Below are positions 1-13,704 of a stretch of DNA of 64,000 nucleotides, piece by piece. This DNA is from Hormiphora californensis (lineage: Eukaryota; Animalia; Ctenophora). Both the position numbers and the translations under genes were made by a program. Each line of letters opens with the position of its first letter. Position 1 is the stretch's first letter. The stretch lies in assembly GCA_020137815.1 (NCBI GenBank), contig CM035351.1, positions 4,836,001 through 4,900,000 of the forward strand, written 5' to 3'. The notes beneath the pieces were generated by a model that was not told the origin of the DNA, did not search any database, and saw only the letters and a list, made by a program, of their open reading frames with translations.

Positions 1-324
1 TCCAGTGCTGCTCATGAGATGTAGTGTTCTTTGCACACCGCATTCGATAATGCAGCAGCAGCACTGATTCTGGTCGGTGTATGTTTGTGTGTTCGTGTAC
101 TGCAGCAGCGGTGGGGGGTCTTTGTGTGTATTTCAGTGTTGATCATCTGACCTCCATCATTTACTGTCTTCTTTATTCCCCCGTATCAACTCCCCCTTTA
201 ATTTTATTCATCATGCGGTCAATATTTAACTTCCTCTAGCTCGGCCCTGTGAGATTATCAAACTCTCAATTTCCACAATCATCTTCACATGTGATGTTTC
301 CATATATCTATATTTCTCTCCCTC

Positions 325-392
<68 letters not shown>

Positions 393-1052
393 TCTCTTAC
401 CTTGAGGTCACCAGCTGCTTTAACTCATTAGTGTGAGTGTGGTTTGTACATAGTCTCTGGATCAAGAAATGGCTAGGGGGCAAAGGGGCTATATACTATA
501 CTATACTAGTGAAGAGTCTGTAGAAGAAGAGAAAGAGACTTCACTGAGTTGCATTTATAATGGGGAATTTCATGGAATGGATTATCTCTCAATACACAGT
601 ACACACACTTGGGGGCTGTTGCTCCAGTGTGATATACATACTTCTCTCTCTCTCTATCTCTCTCTTTCTCTAATTGAGGTGTCGACATTGTCTCTCTTTC
701 CCCCGGGGAATTCTTCACCCGTACTTCTCCTCTGTGTAGAGCGTACTTGCAACTGTTTAATACTTATGTCCGTGTCATGTTTGTGTGTTAAAATAATTGG
801 TCAGCTTTCTGGTTTTTTAACTCTCATGCTATGCTGTGACTCACATTTCTCGTACTTTTTTCATCATCGAGTCGGTAACATGTACATCACAAGTATGTGG
901 TCTTTTTCTCTCTGTGTGTCTCTGTGTGTGTGTCTCTCTCTCTCCCTCTATCTAAAATTTGATGAAAAAGCTTAGTGTGTGGGGGTGGAACCATGAGGGG
1001 AAGAGGGGGTGTTTGGTATTGTGACGCCCCAAATTACCCCTTTGTGTTTCAG

Positions 1053-2110
1053 ATCCAGTGTCCCTCGCAGCAGGAGGCACAACAGAGGATATGTTTCGAG
1101 AACGACTATAAAATCTGTAGCTCTATCCCTCCCCATCCCAACATATCTACTGCGTACGCGAGGTACGTTCGACTACGGTCACAGCTATCAATAACCATTC
1201 GTTACGTGTGACAATTTCAATATCGTTTTCCTACAGTACTGCTGAAAGTGTAATGTTAAATTGTTTCAGGTTTTCTGATAAGATCCCGGAGAATTTACCA
1301 GACTTCCCCTACGAATCGACGGGTGCTACAGCCTTCACCGAATCTACCTTTGTGATATCGGATTTCCTCTCTGAAGGTTTGTATTATTCAGCTGTCTCTC
1401 AGTGTCATAACAAACACCTGACACTGTGATCGCAATGAACAATTCAACACGGCAGCGCTGTTGTATAAATCTCAAATTCAAATAAATCTTACTCTTAATC
1501 ATTCTTTACCTCTCTTTGGCTTTCTTACTGGATGCATCTGCAGAGCATACTGGATGTCCCTGGCCCTCTCTTACAGCACATGCCTCACTATATCTAACAC
1601 AAAGCACATGTGATCTCTCGTTTTTATGTCGCAATTTGCAACTTGTCTTCTGAGTAGGGGTGTAATTTTCCAGGAGCAAATCTTTTAACTGTACTCAACA
1701 CGTTGAGTAAAAGAATAGGACACAAAATAATAGGACACAAAAGATTAGGACACAAAATAATAGGACACAAAAGATTAGGACACAAAAGATGCTTCTAGAA
1801 CAGTAGTTGCTTATCATGTTGCTCTACAGTCCTACAGAGAACAGCTGTATGTATAAACAGTCCGGCCAAAGCCTAATTCTTTGTCTCATATAAGACCGTC
1901 CTCTCCGCTACCGGCTACGTGAGGCCGTGTAGCATGCACGATGTTACAGTCAGTGTCTGACAACTAAATCTTTCCAACTCCAGGTAACCTCCGGACGTTT
2001 GTGCGAGAAAACCAGCATCTTATGGAACACCGGGTGGAAGAATATGAGTACCAAGTGTGCCTGCTGCTTCTACAGCTGTTCCGAGCCCTCCACCATCTCT
2101 CTGAGAACAA

Positions 2111-2173
<63 letters not shown>

Positions 2174-3569
2174 AGAGAGAGAGAATATTAACATACCACC
2201 GAATGATAAGTGTGATTTAATGGCTAGGGAGTTGTTCATTTAATTGTAGCGACTGCTGCTGACGTAGTAGAGGGTCCCTGGCGAATATATTATGCGTGTA
2301 AATACTGTTGTTTGGGAGTAATGGAGGGGGACTACCAATGTTAATATTTACCAGCTGTTTGACCTCAAATTAAATCTTTCGTGGGAAATGTTTTACAGAG
2401 ACTTGGGGGGGGGGGGGGGTCTTTCTCCCATATTCATACGAACCCAGCTCTTAGGCCTTAAGAAAGTGAAGCAAACTCCTATATAAAATGATAATGAGCT
2501 AGTGTGTGTGTATTCCCCCCATTTTAATCTAATGCGAGAGACATAGTCACGTCCCTTTCTACATGCTAAAAAATTTCCAAATTAACACTCCTCACCCCCT
2601 CTCTCTCTCTCTCCAGGTCGTACATCGAGACCTCAAGTTGGAAAATGTGACTGTGGGCGCTGCGGACCACCCCGGAGGTGGAAAGAAGTTGTCTCTGTCA
2701 AACTTTGGGTATGCCCTCTACCAGCCGGACCGAGCGGAGCCCTTCTTGGTGACAGAGGATTCTAATACCTGGATTGGCGGTAACATCCATCACCTTCCAC
2801 CCGAGATCCGACACCCTGTGGGTGATATCACCGGTCTGGATTACACGAAGAGTGATGTATTTGGTGCGGGGTGTATGATATACGAACTGCTGAATCTGGA
2901 GAACCCCTTCGAGAGTGATGAGGAGCTAGTGGGGAGGAACTACACCCAAAACGACCTTCCCATGATCCCTAAAAGATCTCGGTACAGCTACGCTCTGGAT
3001 CGACTCGTGTGTCTGCTGTTAAGAAGCAAGCCTTCCAAGAGGATCAGCGCTAAGCGGGCGGGCGACCTGGTTGAGGTTATGTTGTGGGGACCCGAGGAGT
3101 TGAGGGTATGTAAGGCGCGGTGACACAGCCCAGTCCCAGCTACAGCAGTTGGCTGCTGTTGCGCGCGCGTGGGAGTTTGGCGCGCGCAATCAAACCACAG
3201 ACTGGGATCGTGCAATGTGACAGCATGCTAAAATTACACATGCAATATCATATTGAATATGATTCTCTTCCCCTCCATATCTAACCACCCCCTCTCTATC
3301 CACAGGGTACTGACAAGGCAGCAGCGGAGCAGATGGCAGCTGAATGGCTGGAACAGCAGAGGAGTGAAATGCTATCAAATCTCGCTCTAAAACTCGCCGA
3401 GAACTTCACGCCCCAGGGAGCAAGGGTTCAAAACTCCGCCGGATTTTCACTCGAAGATGAACTGAAATGTAAATTCTTAAGGGAAACAAGCGCCCGTGCC
3501 CTTACCACGAACCTTTATTTGCTGTCGCAGTGTCAGCGGGCTCAAACACGGAGCGGCGCTATGATCTAG
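1053..3569 (+). CDS. PEAK1/Pragmin (NKF3)-like pseudokinase, 3' portion; exons 1053-1162, 1270-1376, 1984-2111, 2617-3105, 3306-3569
   Basis: GT-AG boundaries join in frame to give IQCPSQ...HPNI...YEYQVCLLLLQLFRALHHLSENK/VVHRDLKLENV...SNFG...GGNIHHLPPE...DYTKSDVF...IYELLNLENPF...MLWGP...WLEQQR...LEDELKCKFL. QVCLLLLQL, NF in place of DF, LWGP and LEDxLxCxxL are PEAK-family hallmarks. Upstream exons were not located. Confidence 0.8.
1716..1790. repeat. 15-bp tandem repeat TAGGACACAAAA(TAA/GAT) x5 in a kinase intron
   Basis: Direct inspection. Confidence 0.85.
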
Positions 3570-4074
3570 ATCATATGTAGGGAGAAAGAGACAAGAGTAT
3601 GTTTGTGTGCGTTATAATATGAATGAGAAGGAGAGGTGAAGAACTCTGTTGTTTTGAGAAACTAAATTGTCACATTTCGGTCACACACACACACACACAC
3701 GCAGCACGAATTACAAGAAACGCACACGCTTGGGCACCATGTGTTAATTTTATTATTAATATTTGTAGAGGATCGTTTTATAATTTTGTATGATGAAAAG
3801 GCCGTGTCACACATCTGCCCTACTACTACTGCTACTGCCAGGAACAACATCCAATGTTTTTATTGCAATATGGAATATATAGATCTATATATTCCATATT
3901 GCAATATCTATATTCATTGCTAATGATTGGTTTTTGTCCTGCAGCAGTAGTATTTAGTATGATGGTGATATATGGTTAAATGTTTAGTTTGCATGCCGTA
4001 GTATGTGGTTCAGCCATTCACAGTCGTGTGTATCCCAGTGTTCTGTGACTGGCAGCGCTGACACCGTTCTACAG

Positions 4075-4183
4075 CAGGAACCGACCGAATCAGGAAATAC
4101 TGGTCCCTGATTGGCTGATAACCAGTCACGTGACCAAAATAACGAGTTCTGATTGGTTGTTTACTTGTTTCGGTCGGTTCCTG
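4075..4183. mobile_element. hAT-like MITE, 109 bp
   Basis: TIR CAGGAACCGACCGAA...TTCGGTCGGTTCCTG; 8-bp TSD TTCTACAG at 4067-4074 and 4184-4191. Confidence 0.9.
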
Positions 4184-4919
4184 TTCTACAGTGCGCTCAA
4201 ATCTGGTCGATGCCGCCAGACAGATTGTTCTTGGCAATTTCGCCCACCTTTGTTGAGGCTCTAGACAGGGCTAGTTAAATAAAAGTGTAACAACAAATTG
4301 TTTTAAAATTTTGTGGAACAACACCACACACAGAGAGAAAGAGGAGAGAGCAGAGAATTGTCTGGGGAAGGTGTGACATCCAGTACCACGTGCTGTGAGC
4401 AGTGTGTGTTTCATACTACGCCTGGTTATGTGACATACATGTGTGAAAGGACTATGAAAGAGATATGTGCTGATTCTGCCCCAATTCAGCGAACACGAAA
4501 GTGAAATTGTTTGTGAGAGTGTTTTGTGTACTAACGCATAACTATGTGTGTTCATCTGTTTGTAAATTGCTTTGAGATTTATTTTATTGTAGCAAAATTC
4601 CTTGTTTTTCTTTTCCCTAAATCCTCTCTGACATGAGCACAGAAAACCTTTGCTGGCAAAATTCATCCCAGTCTTGGTAAATAAGGTCATTAGTCAATGA
4701 CTACGCGATATCCCGTGTACTATGCCAAGGCGTGTCTATAATAACGACTCGTATTAGGGTGAGGCACTGTGTGAATACATTAGTCGCCCTTCTTCAAAAT
4801 ATCATGTTGACAGGGTGTATTTTAGCGTGCACAGTGTGTCAAGCTGCAGACTGCTGCAGTACTGCTCCATTACTACTGCACAGAGTGCACTATATCCAGC
4901 CTAGAGGGGTTAGGATTTG

Positions 4920-4921
<2 letters not shown>

Positions 4922-4987
<66 letters not shown>

Positions 4988-5001
4988 TATATATATATTA
5001 T
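4922..5001. repeat. (TA)n microsatellite followed by about 400 bp of homopolymer-rich, probably low-quality sequence
   Basis: Direct inspection. Confidence 0.9.
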
Positions 5002-5401
5002 AAAATTATTTAATTTATTTTTTTCTTTTTAGTAAACCAGAAAAATGGCCAAACGGGGTGACCCTTTTCCCTTTTTTAAAAAAAAATTTTAAAAACGGGG
5101 GTTTTTTTGGGAAATTTTTTAAAAAAAGTCCAAAACCGGGTGAAGGGGAACAATTGGGGGAAGATATTTTGGGGGTTTTTGGGGTGTTTATTGAGAATTG
5201 ACCCATTAGGGGCCCGGAGGATTTCAAGCAAATTTACCTGCTAAAAAGGTATTTGGCCAAAAGTGAAATTTCCTTTTGGGGGGGATTGGGGGGAGTTTCG
5301 ACAAAAAAAAATTTACAAAACGGGGTGAAGTTTAATTTCCCGTTTTCCCCTTCTTCTTTAGGTTTTGTGTTAATCTTGACCGTATTAATTTTTTCCTTGA
5401 C

Positions 5402-6588
5402 ATGACTCCAATTGGTGGTTTGGTGGCCCCAACTGATGGCCCTTTTGGTGACCATGACGCGGACGGTGACTTCAGAGTTCGTGTAATTGACATTGTATCA
5501 ATAGCAGTAGGTCTCCTGGGTACCATTGTAAACATCCTCCTCTTCTGGGTGATTGGCCGGAATCCCTCTCTCGACAAAAAGATAGCCCTCCTCTACCAAA
5601 ACCTGGCTGCTGTGGATGTGTTCAATTGTCCTAGTGGTACCCCTCTGTTACATGACAGTCAGTGGTCACGGGTACAACCTCTCATCGGACCGTAACGGTA
5701 TCTTGTACTTTGTTGTTTGGAGCCACAGTCTCCTATCCCATATGCAATACTGATCCTGTTGGCGCTGTGTCGGATCATGATACTCCGACACCAGCGGGAG
5801 TACACCCAGTACCTCACTCTAAATGTGGTGAGGGGGTGTGCCTGTGACGGCATGGTTCTTGTGTATCGGCAGTACTCTTGGTGTGTGGCTTGTGTTTCTT
5901 GTTGCATGGCTCTCAGGAGGTGGGGAGTCTGGTGGCCCTCTTGAAATTCCAATCAGCCCTCATCACCATCCTCATCACTGCCATCTTCATATTCCTCCTC
6001 GCCTCCCTCATCTTCATCGCCCTGCTCTACAAAGATCTCCATGGTAACCCGGTAGCAGTTCCAGCTCTTCTCAAATTGTGTCAGGAGCTGGGTAAAGCTC
6101 GGCGGACTTTTGTACTATTTTTCACTGTTACCTTCGTGTTTTCCCTCTTTCCCTGGGTATATTCCATTACATTTACCTTGTGTGGTCCCTACTACAACTC
6201 GACCACTGCCCTGGATCCGTCTCTAAACTGTACCTTGCTGGACACGGGCTACATATCGGACCCCAAACAATCCTACGCGTGCATGCTGCTCAGTCTGATG
6301 GGCATGTCCATTGGGAACTGTGCCATTGTGATCCAACAGAGGTCCTTTGTGGAGACCCTCCGGAGATTTGTTACTGGCTGGTGTGGTTTAAGAGGAGGAG
6401 GGATGTTGAATCATGATGATGATGGAGCAGCCCCTGATTTGGTGATTGAGAACCAAGCTGCCCAACACCCTGGTGTAATGACAGCCTACCAGACACACAC
6501 CATCCCTATGACAGACACTCCAACGACCGTGTCAACTGCAGTTGCTCCTGTCGACCCAGCCGCCACCGCGGGTCAAAGTGGGCCATGA
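5402..6588 (+). CDS. Intronless rhodopsin-like (class A) GPCR with several frameshifts (sequence error or pseudogene)
   Basis: TM1 IAVGLLGTIVN, TM2 YQNLAAVD, TM3 end LLALCRIMIL, TM4 AWFLCIG, TM5 ITILITAIFIFLLASLIFIALLY, TM6 FVFSLFPW, TM7/helix 8 GMSIGNCAIV..RSFVETLRR, spread over ORFs starting at 5402, 5717, 5838 and 5878. Confidence 0.75.
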
Positions 6589-7298
6589 GTAAGCGACATA
6601 AGTCTGCTGCTCTCACTCTCTCTCTCTCTGTGTCGTCCCAAGTCCAACAAATCATGTCCGCCCCATAATATGATGTGTGTGTGACTGTTATGCGAGACAC
6701 GATCAGTGTATATTGAGTTGTATTGGAGAAAGGGAGAGAGAGTGACCAGGTCAGAAAAGAGAGAGGGATAGGGAGGGAGAGAGGGAGAGGGATAGGGAGG
6801 GAGAGAGAGAGGGAGAGAGAGAGAAAATGAACGGCTTCATCCCCCTGCTAGATTGTGACAGCAGGGTCACTGTGACGCCACCGAAAATATCTCTCTCTCT
6901 CTAGTGCAGTAAAATGCAGCAGTGGGAACTTTTAGACTGTATAGTGTGACGGAGTGTTTATATGAGGTATAATCGCTTTCCTAAGTTGTTGATAAAACTG
7001 CCATCTGGCTCATTTTAATCTGTGACTGTGCCAGAGACTAGAGAGATATTAAACGATGTGAATATACCTGGCGGCGGGCGGCCCTTCCTGCCAGGTCCAT
7101 GACGTGTTGTAAAATATAATATACTGCCGTATTTTGAAATCAAAGTCTGTCATAATTCTTGAAGCATCTCATAATCTGCTCTCACTCTCCCTCTCTCCAC
7201 CACGTCACCAGGCCAGGCTGCTCTTTCACTGATTCTGATTTCCCTGGCACTCCCTAGCTGCAGTCTCCCACTCTCACACACCCTTTCCTACTATCTCT

Positions 7299-7374
<76 letters not shown>

Positions 7375-7570
7375 CCAATCTCTATAGTCTCTCTGAAACA
7401 ACTTGAAATCACCAACAACCCCAAATTCCTGGGCTGTCTAATCGGGGATTACGTGTAACGGACTGCAGCCTTTGAATCACTCACAGCTACACGCGATCAA
7501 AGACCGGGCATGCTTATGACTTCTTCTCGATTTGTAAAACTCTCCGTTCAATTTCCTTGTAGTCTGATTC

Positions 7571-7625
<55 letters not shown>

Positions 7626-8069
7626 TCTTCTTTGAGAGTAAAATTAGAACCCGCAAGTTGTCACTGAGTTCACAGTCACGCTCTCTGCAGCTGATACACG
7701 CTCACTGCAGAGAGCGTGACGGGTATTCATAAAAGTGTCACCGGTCGGGAGTCCCGACTTGGTTCAGACTGCATCTGTCAAAGAATCACACACACACACA
7801 CTCTCTCTCTCTCTCTCTCTCTGTGATATGACTCCCTCTCTCTTTCTTTCTCACCCCAGTATCTCACTCTTCATCTCTCTGTGGCGGGGGGATCCAGACT
7901 CGGGCAGCGCGGTCTGCTCCAATCACCGGTCCATCTCTCGTGTTTGACCACGTGGTGTCTCCCCCTGTAACGAGGATGCCTGTTGAGACATGGTCCTGTC
8001 TACTCACGTGACCTGCCCTCTCAACCAATGGGAGGCGCGGGAGGGTTAAAAGGGGGCTCCCACGTGCAG

Positions 8070-11000
8070 GGGGCCAAGGGGGTACTGTTCTTAAGCCTCT
8101 GCTGAACTTTCTTGATAAAGCTGCCCTCGTTCTTGAAAATAGTTTTCAATGAAAGAAGAGCCTGCAGTCTGTTAGTACTGTAAAGTTACGGGCGCCTGCT
8201 AAATAAACGCGGTAGTGCTTCAAGGCATGAACACAAGCCTAAAAACTCTAACCTAGTTGCTCCCATCTTCTGCGGTGTGCGGAACTGCTTTGGACCAAAA
8301 TGAAATAGTTCTGCGAGTACCACCTATCTGTTGAGTGAGAGTTGCACCGTGTCCGATCTTGCTAGAGTCAATAGTTAACTCGTAGAATCGTGCGGATCGT
8401 CATACTGCGGATTGCAAGGACGGGTGCTGAGCAAAGTTTCTCTTTTAGTTGCTCAAATGCTGTTTTGGGCCGACTGTCCCATTCAAACTTTTTCCCTTTC
8501 GGAGCAAGCTGTAAAGCGGACTGCTATTCTGCTGAAGTGCTTGATGTAGTTTCCTGTTGTAGTTAAGAGATCTAGGAACTTCTGTAACTGGGTTTCACTG
8601 TTTTTGGAGGGTTCTAGCTGCGAAATTGCATCTGCTCGAGTAGGGTCAACTTTAATTCCCTCTCTGCTGAATAAGGTGGCCAAGAAATTTGACCTGTTTT
8701 CGAAACAATTGTTTTTTGTTGGGCTGACTTTGATGTTTGCCCAAGATAATCTTTCCAATACGAATTGCAACTTCTCAATATGATCTTCCTCACTGATTAC
8801 TGCCGACTAGGATGTCGTCAAGGAAACAATCAAATCTTGGAAAGGAACTTTCGAAATAACATGCTCATAGCATTTGCAAACTGTGAAGAGCTACTGTTTG
8901 ACCCATAACGAGTCTAGCCCACTATGCCTAGTATTGTTGTAGGTGAAAAGCTGTTAAGGCCTGCTTTCCTCATCCACCGGATCTGGTAAACCCTTTTGTG
9001 AAATCCATGGACGTTAACCAATTACACTCTGTCATATTGTCCATTATGCTGTTAACGTTAGGAGAGCACAACTGATCTGGAAGGCAATTGCATTTAGCTG
9101 CCGAAGATCTTGTATAAGCCTGTAACTATCATTGTACCTGGCTTTTTAACGAGAAAGATAGGACTGTTCCACAAGCTGGGAGTGCTGCATTTTCAATTTG
9201 ACCTGAATCGATTAGTGTCTGTACCTCGTTTTTCCATGTGTTTCTGCAAGTTGTATGGGACTGGTCTTGAAGGGATCCACCTAGCCACGTAGTTATCTTT
9301 CAGCTGGATGTGGCCTTGTAGAACGATGCCTCACTAAATCAAATTTATGCCTGAAAAACAATGGTTATACTGTTTTATAAGCTGTTTTAATCTCAGTTTA
9401 CTGTGTTCTGAAATTTGTAACTGCTCATTTGCAACTGTTCATAAAGCTGTTCTCTTCTGCCATTGGCCTTCTGTAGTTGTCTCTTCTTCCGATTTAGCAT
9501 CTGGAAGACGAGGATATCAATCGAACTGTATACTTCCCGTGAAGATTTGCTTTAGATCGATCTCTATAAGACTGATCAACTGGAAACATGTTTGCTACAA
9601 TTCTGTTTTTGTGCAATGTGATATCGCATGGAGCGGGTTGACACATCTAACTGCTACGAAATTCTTGTCACTGTGAACAAGAATTTTCAACACAAATACC
9701 AAGAGAACCTGGCATTTTTCTTACCGATAACCATTCCTCTAGGGTACCACCATTGCTTGGTCTCACTAACCTGCATTTGATGTGCATTACTGAATTTGCT
9801 GGTAAGCACGCTGTTTTGTTCAGACTTTGACTTTGCAACTGCTAGTTAGTGTACGGGGTGTGTCATAAAAACTTTTTTCCATACTTTGTTTCGATTTGCT
9901 TTCTTGGCATGTCTATCGTTAGACTCAGTTTCTCAAGTAGTTCTGTTCCTGCTAGTACATCATCAGGCAAATCATCCATGACAATGAATGTGTGTTTACT
10001 TCTGTTTTTGCAACTGTTATAGGGAACGTTACTTCTCCCCTTGTTCTCACTTCGTTTTGCCAAGGCCTTTAATAACCCTTGTTGCTGTGTAATTCTATCC
10101 AATAAATTCAACTGTTCTGTGGTACGTGTGCTTATCAAGCTAGCACTAGCTCCTGTGTCGATTAAAAATGTTAAGTGGGTATATCAAAAACTGTTCCAGT
10201 ACTATCACACTGGGACCAATCATGCTTCTTTCGGGTTGTATTGTTGCAACTGTTGCTTTTTTTCTGTTTCGTTGCACAACCCCTGTCTAGTTTAAATTAA
10301 ATCTGCATTCTGATCGGTAATGCCCTTTTTGCTCACATTTCCAACACACAATTTCTTGTTTCCGTCTTTTTTGCTATCTCGCCTGCCTCTGGAATTGCTT
10401 CTGTTGCCTCGGTGCCTGTTTCTACTGCTGTGATATCTGTCCCTTGCTGTATGATCTTTGTCTGTTTCTGTACGGCGTGGGTGATCGTCCCCTGTAACTG
10501 TTGTTCCGATCTCCTGAAGACTCTCTGCTATAATTGCTGGCGACTTTTTTCAAACTTGATGTTTGGTTCGGCACTGTTTTTGAGAATTGAGCTGGCTCTT
10601 TCTCAAACATGTTCGATACACTTTCTAACCTTTTTGCTAATCTCACTGCTTCTCTGTAGGTTGCGATTGTTGCCTCATCAGTTTCTGTCGCATAGTGCTG
10701 TCAGAAATACCCCTTAATAATGCTAGGAGGCACGCTTCTTCAGCCTGTTCTGGCGCACTGTACGCCATGCTGCTTGCTTCTTGTAGTCTGTTACAAAAAT
10801 CGGTGATTGTTTCCCCTGCGTTTTGCTTCATGTTCAGAGCTGTTCTTAAAGAGAGATGGACTCTTCTCCATAACATAGTCTGTTATGAAGTGTTTGCAAG
10901 CTGATTCGCGTCTCGCTTTTGTGCAATTGTGAGTGTCGCTGCTGCTGTTTTTAAGGTGTTGTATGTTGCACTGTCAACATTCTGCAAAAACAAGAGATTC

Positions 11001-11843
11001 AGGTTCTGTTTTAGTCCTGTCATCTCCACGTAAGATTTAAATCTGTCACAATAGTGACGAATGTATCCCCTTTGTTCATTGTTGGGGTTTTGTTATGAAA
11101 GAGAGATTGCTGAGTCTGCTAGAGGTTGCTTCAACTTCATCTGCCTCTTCCTTGATTGAATATCTGCTTCCAAATCTGCAGCTGTCTTTTTAGAGATTCC
11201 AACTCCTCTTGGCGTACTGCTGAGTTGCTGTTTCAAAGTTGCTTTTCTTCTGGGTTTCATTTTTTTCTCAGGCTCCACTTGTTAAGATGAGTTGTTCAAG
11301 TTATTCTGTGAGCAGGGGGATGCAATGTAGCTGGGTAACTGAGTGCCGTTCGCTAGTACAATCCGCCAAACCGACCAACGATGCCGGGGGGTCAAAGAGA
11401 TACAGCGATATAAGGGGGTAATAAATAAATTGCTAAATACAAAGTAAAAATAGAAACTACGTCAAGTGTCTCAAAACTACAGAGTCTATCTGATGCACAG
11501 TTGGGTATCGGTGCAGCGTCCCCGAGAATGATTCGTCACATCCTTTTATAATCCATCCATCGTCTCTGCAGAACTCCGTGACCTTCGTGTCTCCATCTCG
11601 GGACCAACGGGGAGTAGTTTTAACATCGTCGTATCGCTGGTGCTACTCCGTAAGCGGTTGTTCTGTCATCATGATGTCAACCCTGTAAAGCAGACTGCTT
11701 ATGGGCGCGACCTTTATGTCTGAGATAAGAAACGTTTAACTATGGCTACTGTGTAGTGCTTGGGACTAAACCTGCTTTACCATGAGTAGCCTGTTTAGGA
11801 TAAAACCTGTTTGTCTGTTCGAATGACAAACCATGTTACAACA
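8070..11843 (-). mobile_element. Degenerate Ty3/Gypsy LTR retrotransposon (gag, protease, RT, RNase H; integrase and 3' LTR not seen)
   Basis: Minus strand: gag knuckle CWKCEQKGHYRSEC (~10305-10350), T-TTA-AAC-TAG gag-pol slippery site (10290-10296), protease FLIDTGAS (~10145-10170), RT SMDFTKGF (~8990-9010) and CFLDDILV (~8806-8830), RNase H LTIDSSKIGHGA (~8343-8380). Possible 5' LTR starts TGTTGTAAC at 11843. Many indels. Confidence 0.85.
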
Positions 11844-12765
11844 CCGAGTAAATTTAGCGAGGAGCTATTTTTGATTTTTGGAGATCAAAACATGGTTTTA
11901 AAATGACTGGGTGATAATGGGTTGCCATGCTACGCAGTTTGTCTGTTCGGCACTTTAAGCTGACAGGCAAGGAACATGTCAAATAATGGGGGGTCGGGTG
12001 ATAATAATACAAATATGTGATCGAATAATCGAGCATCTTCAAATTCAACATGTCCACAGCTGCTGCTGCAATGTTCTAGATCTGCAGTGCTGCTTCGGCC
12101 CTCGGACTAATGACTGGTCAGACTGGTCCTAAAATATTATTATATGCGGTGGGGGATCTGCTGCATTCTAGATTATCCTGCGGAGTCCTATATCGGGGTC
12201 TGGTTTACTGGTATTTCATAGGCCACCAGCTCAGCAAGATGAGAGACAGACACAACATCACGATATATGTAACCGGGGGGGGGGGGGGGGGGGATTGTTT
12301 TGACTCAGCTACCAATTGAGGGTGTGTCTATTAACGCGAACGTCGAGTGTCGACTGAGGGAGAGGAACTCGTTATGTGTTCACAGTGTCATTACTAGATG
12401 GGCTAAGTATGTAGTAGACTGTTTTAGTTAGCGATATAGAGTGCAGTCTAGGACAATGAAAGAGACTATAAGGTTATGTATTACATAGACACATACACAC
12501 ACCTGGTTCAGTATGACAGACCATTCGTATGCCAGAGCTGTATACTATCATGGGGGAGTCTGAAAAAGTCAAAGAGACTCCAGACTCTGAGCTGCACCAG
12601 AGATGTATGTTTTTAAATGAGAGATCAGAGAGTGAGATAGTACTGCAGAGACGGAAACTGAGACAGAAATGGTAGCTAGCAGCTTGGGGAAGGTGTAGTG
12701 TATGGAAGTGAGATAGGGGAGACGGGAGTCTCTTCAGACTTGGTGGGAAGAGGAAGGAGAGATAG

Positions 12766-13704
12766 TAGTAGAGGCAATAATTACAGTCACCTCCTCTGAT
12801 TTCTATGAAACTTCTCCCATGCTAAGAGGTGGCAATAGAGGTTCAAATACCGCAGAGTTTAAGTCTGAACAATGTTCGGTTCGTTAATTATCGCTAATTG
12901 AAAAACGCAAAAATGGCCTAAAATCGCCCTAAGTTCCGAATTGAAATTTTGGAGTTGAGACTCCAGACTTCGTAGAGATGTCCACTAGGATGACAATATG
13001 CACCAAAATCGGACGGAAGCCTAAATTCGTCCGAATTCGGTACGAAAAGCCGGGTAGACTGATTTTTGGTCACGTGACATGGGTCCAAAATCAGTTTTTT
13101 GCCATTTACGCCTTTCCTGTACGTCGGAGACAAAAAATATGGCCAATACTTGTCATTTCCATCGCTTTCTGCATCTTTTAAGCCCCCTATAAACATCCCT
13201 TACTCCAACGGTTCAGAAGTGACGTCATTTAGTCTCCTGAAAAACTCTAACTTCTGAACCGTTGAAGTAAGGGATGTTTATAGGGGGCTTAAAAGATGCA
13301 GAAAGCGATGGAAATGACAAGTATTGGCCATATTTTTTGTCTCCGACGTACAGGAAAGGCGTAAATGGCAAAAAACTGATTTTGGACCCATGTCACGTGA
13401 CCAAAAATCAGTCTACCCGGCTTTTCGTACCGAATTCGGACGAATTTAGGCTTCCGTCCGATTTTGGTGCATATTGTCATCCTAGCGGACATCTCTACGA
13501 AGTCTGGAGTCTCAACTCCAAAATTTCAATTCGGAACTTAGGGCGATTTTAGGCCATTTTTGCGTTTTTCAATTAGCGATAATTAACGAACCGAACATTG
13601 TTCAGACTTAAACTCTGCGGTATTTGAACCTCTATTGCCACCTCTTAGCATGGGAGAAGTTTCATAGAAATCAGAGGAGGTGACTGTAATTATTGCCTCT
13701 ACTA
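12766..13704. mobile_element. Foldback element with 455-bp arms and 29-bp spacer (Academ-like termini)
   Basis: Arms 12766-13220 and 13250-13704 are near-perfect reverse complements; termini TAGTAGAGG...CCTCTACTA; TAG flanks both sides (3-bp TSD). Confidence 0.9.

Noticed and set aside
249-975. ORFs rich in SLSL or ERER (also many at 13583-16713, 39307-39600, 47307-47969, 53744-55286)
   Set aside because: Translations of (CT/AG)n microsatellites
5002-5400. Homopolymer-block sequence and its K/F/P/G-rich ORFs
   Set aside because: Looks like degraded base-calling after a (TA)n tract
11340-11400. Possible primer-binding site for the Gypsy element
   Set aside because: TGG-starting candidates did not match any tRNA 3' end I could recognise
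12918-13552. Identical mirrored ORF pairs (also 49291-50451 and 38835-39944)
   Set aside because: By-product of inverted repeats; no recognisable domains
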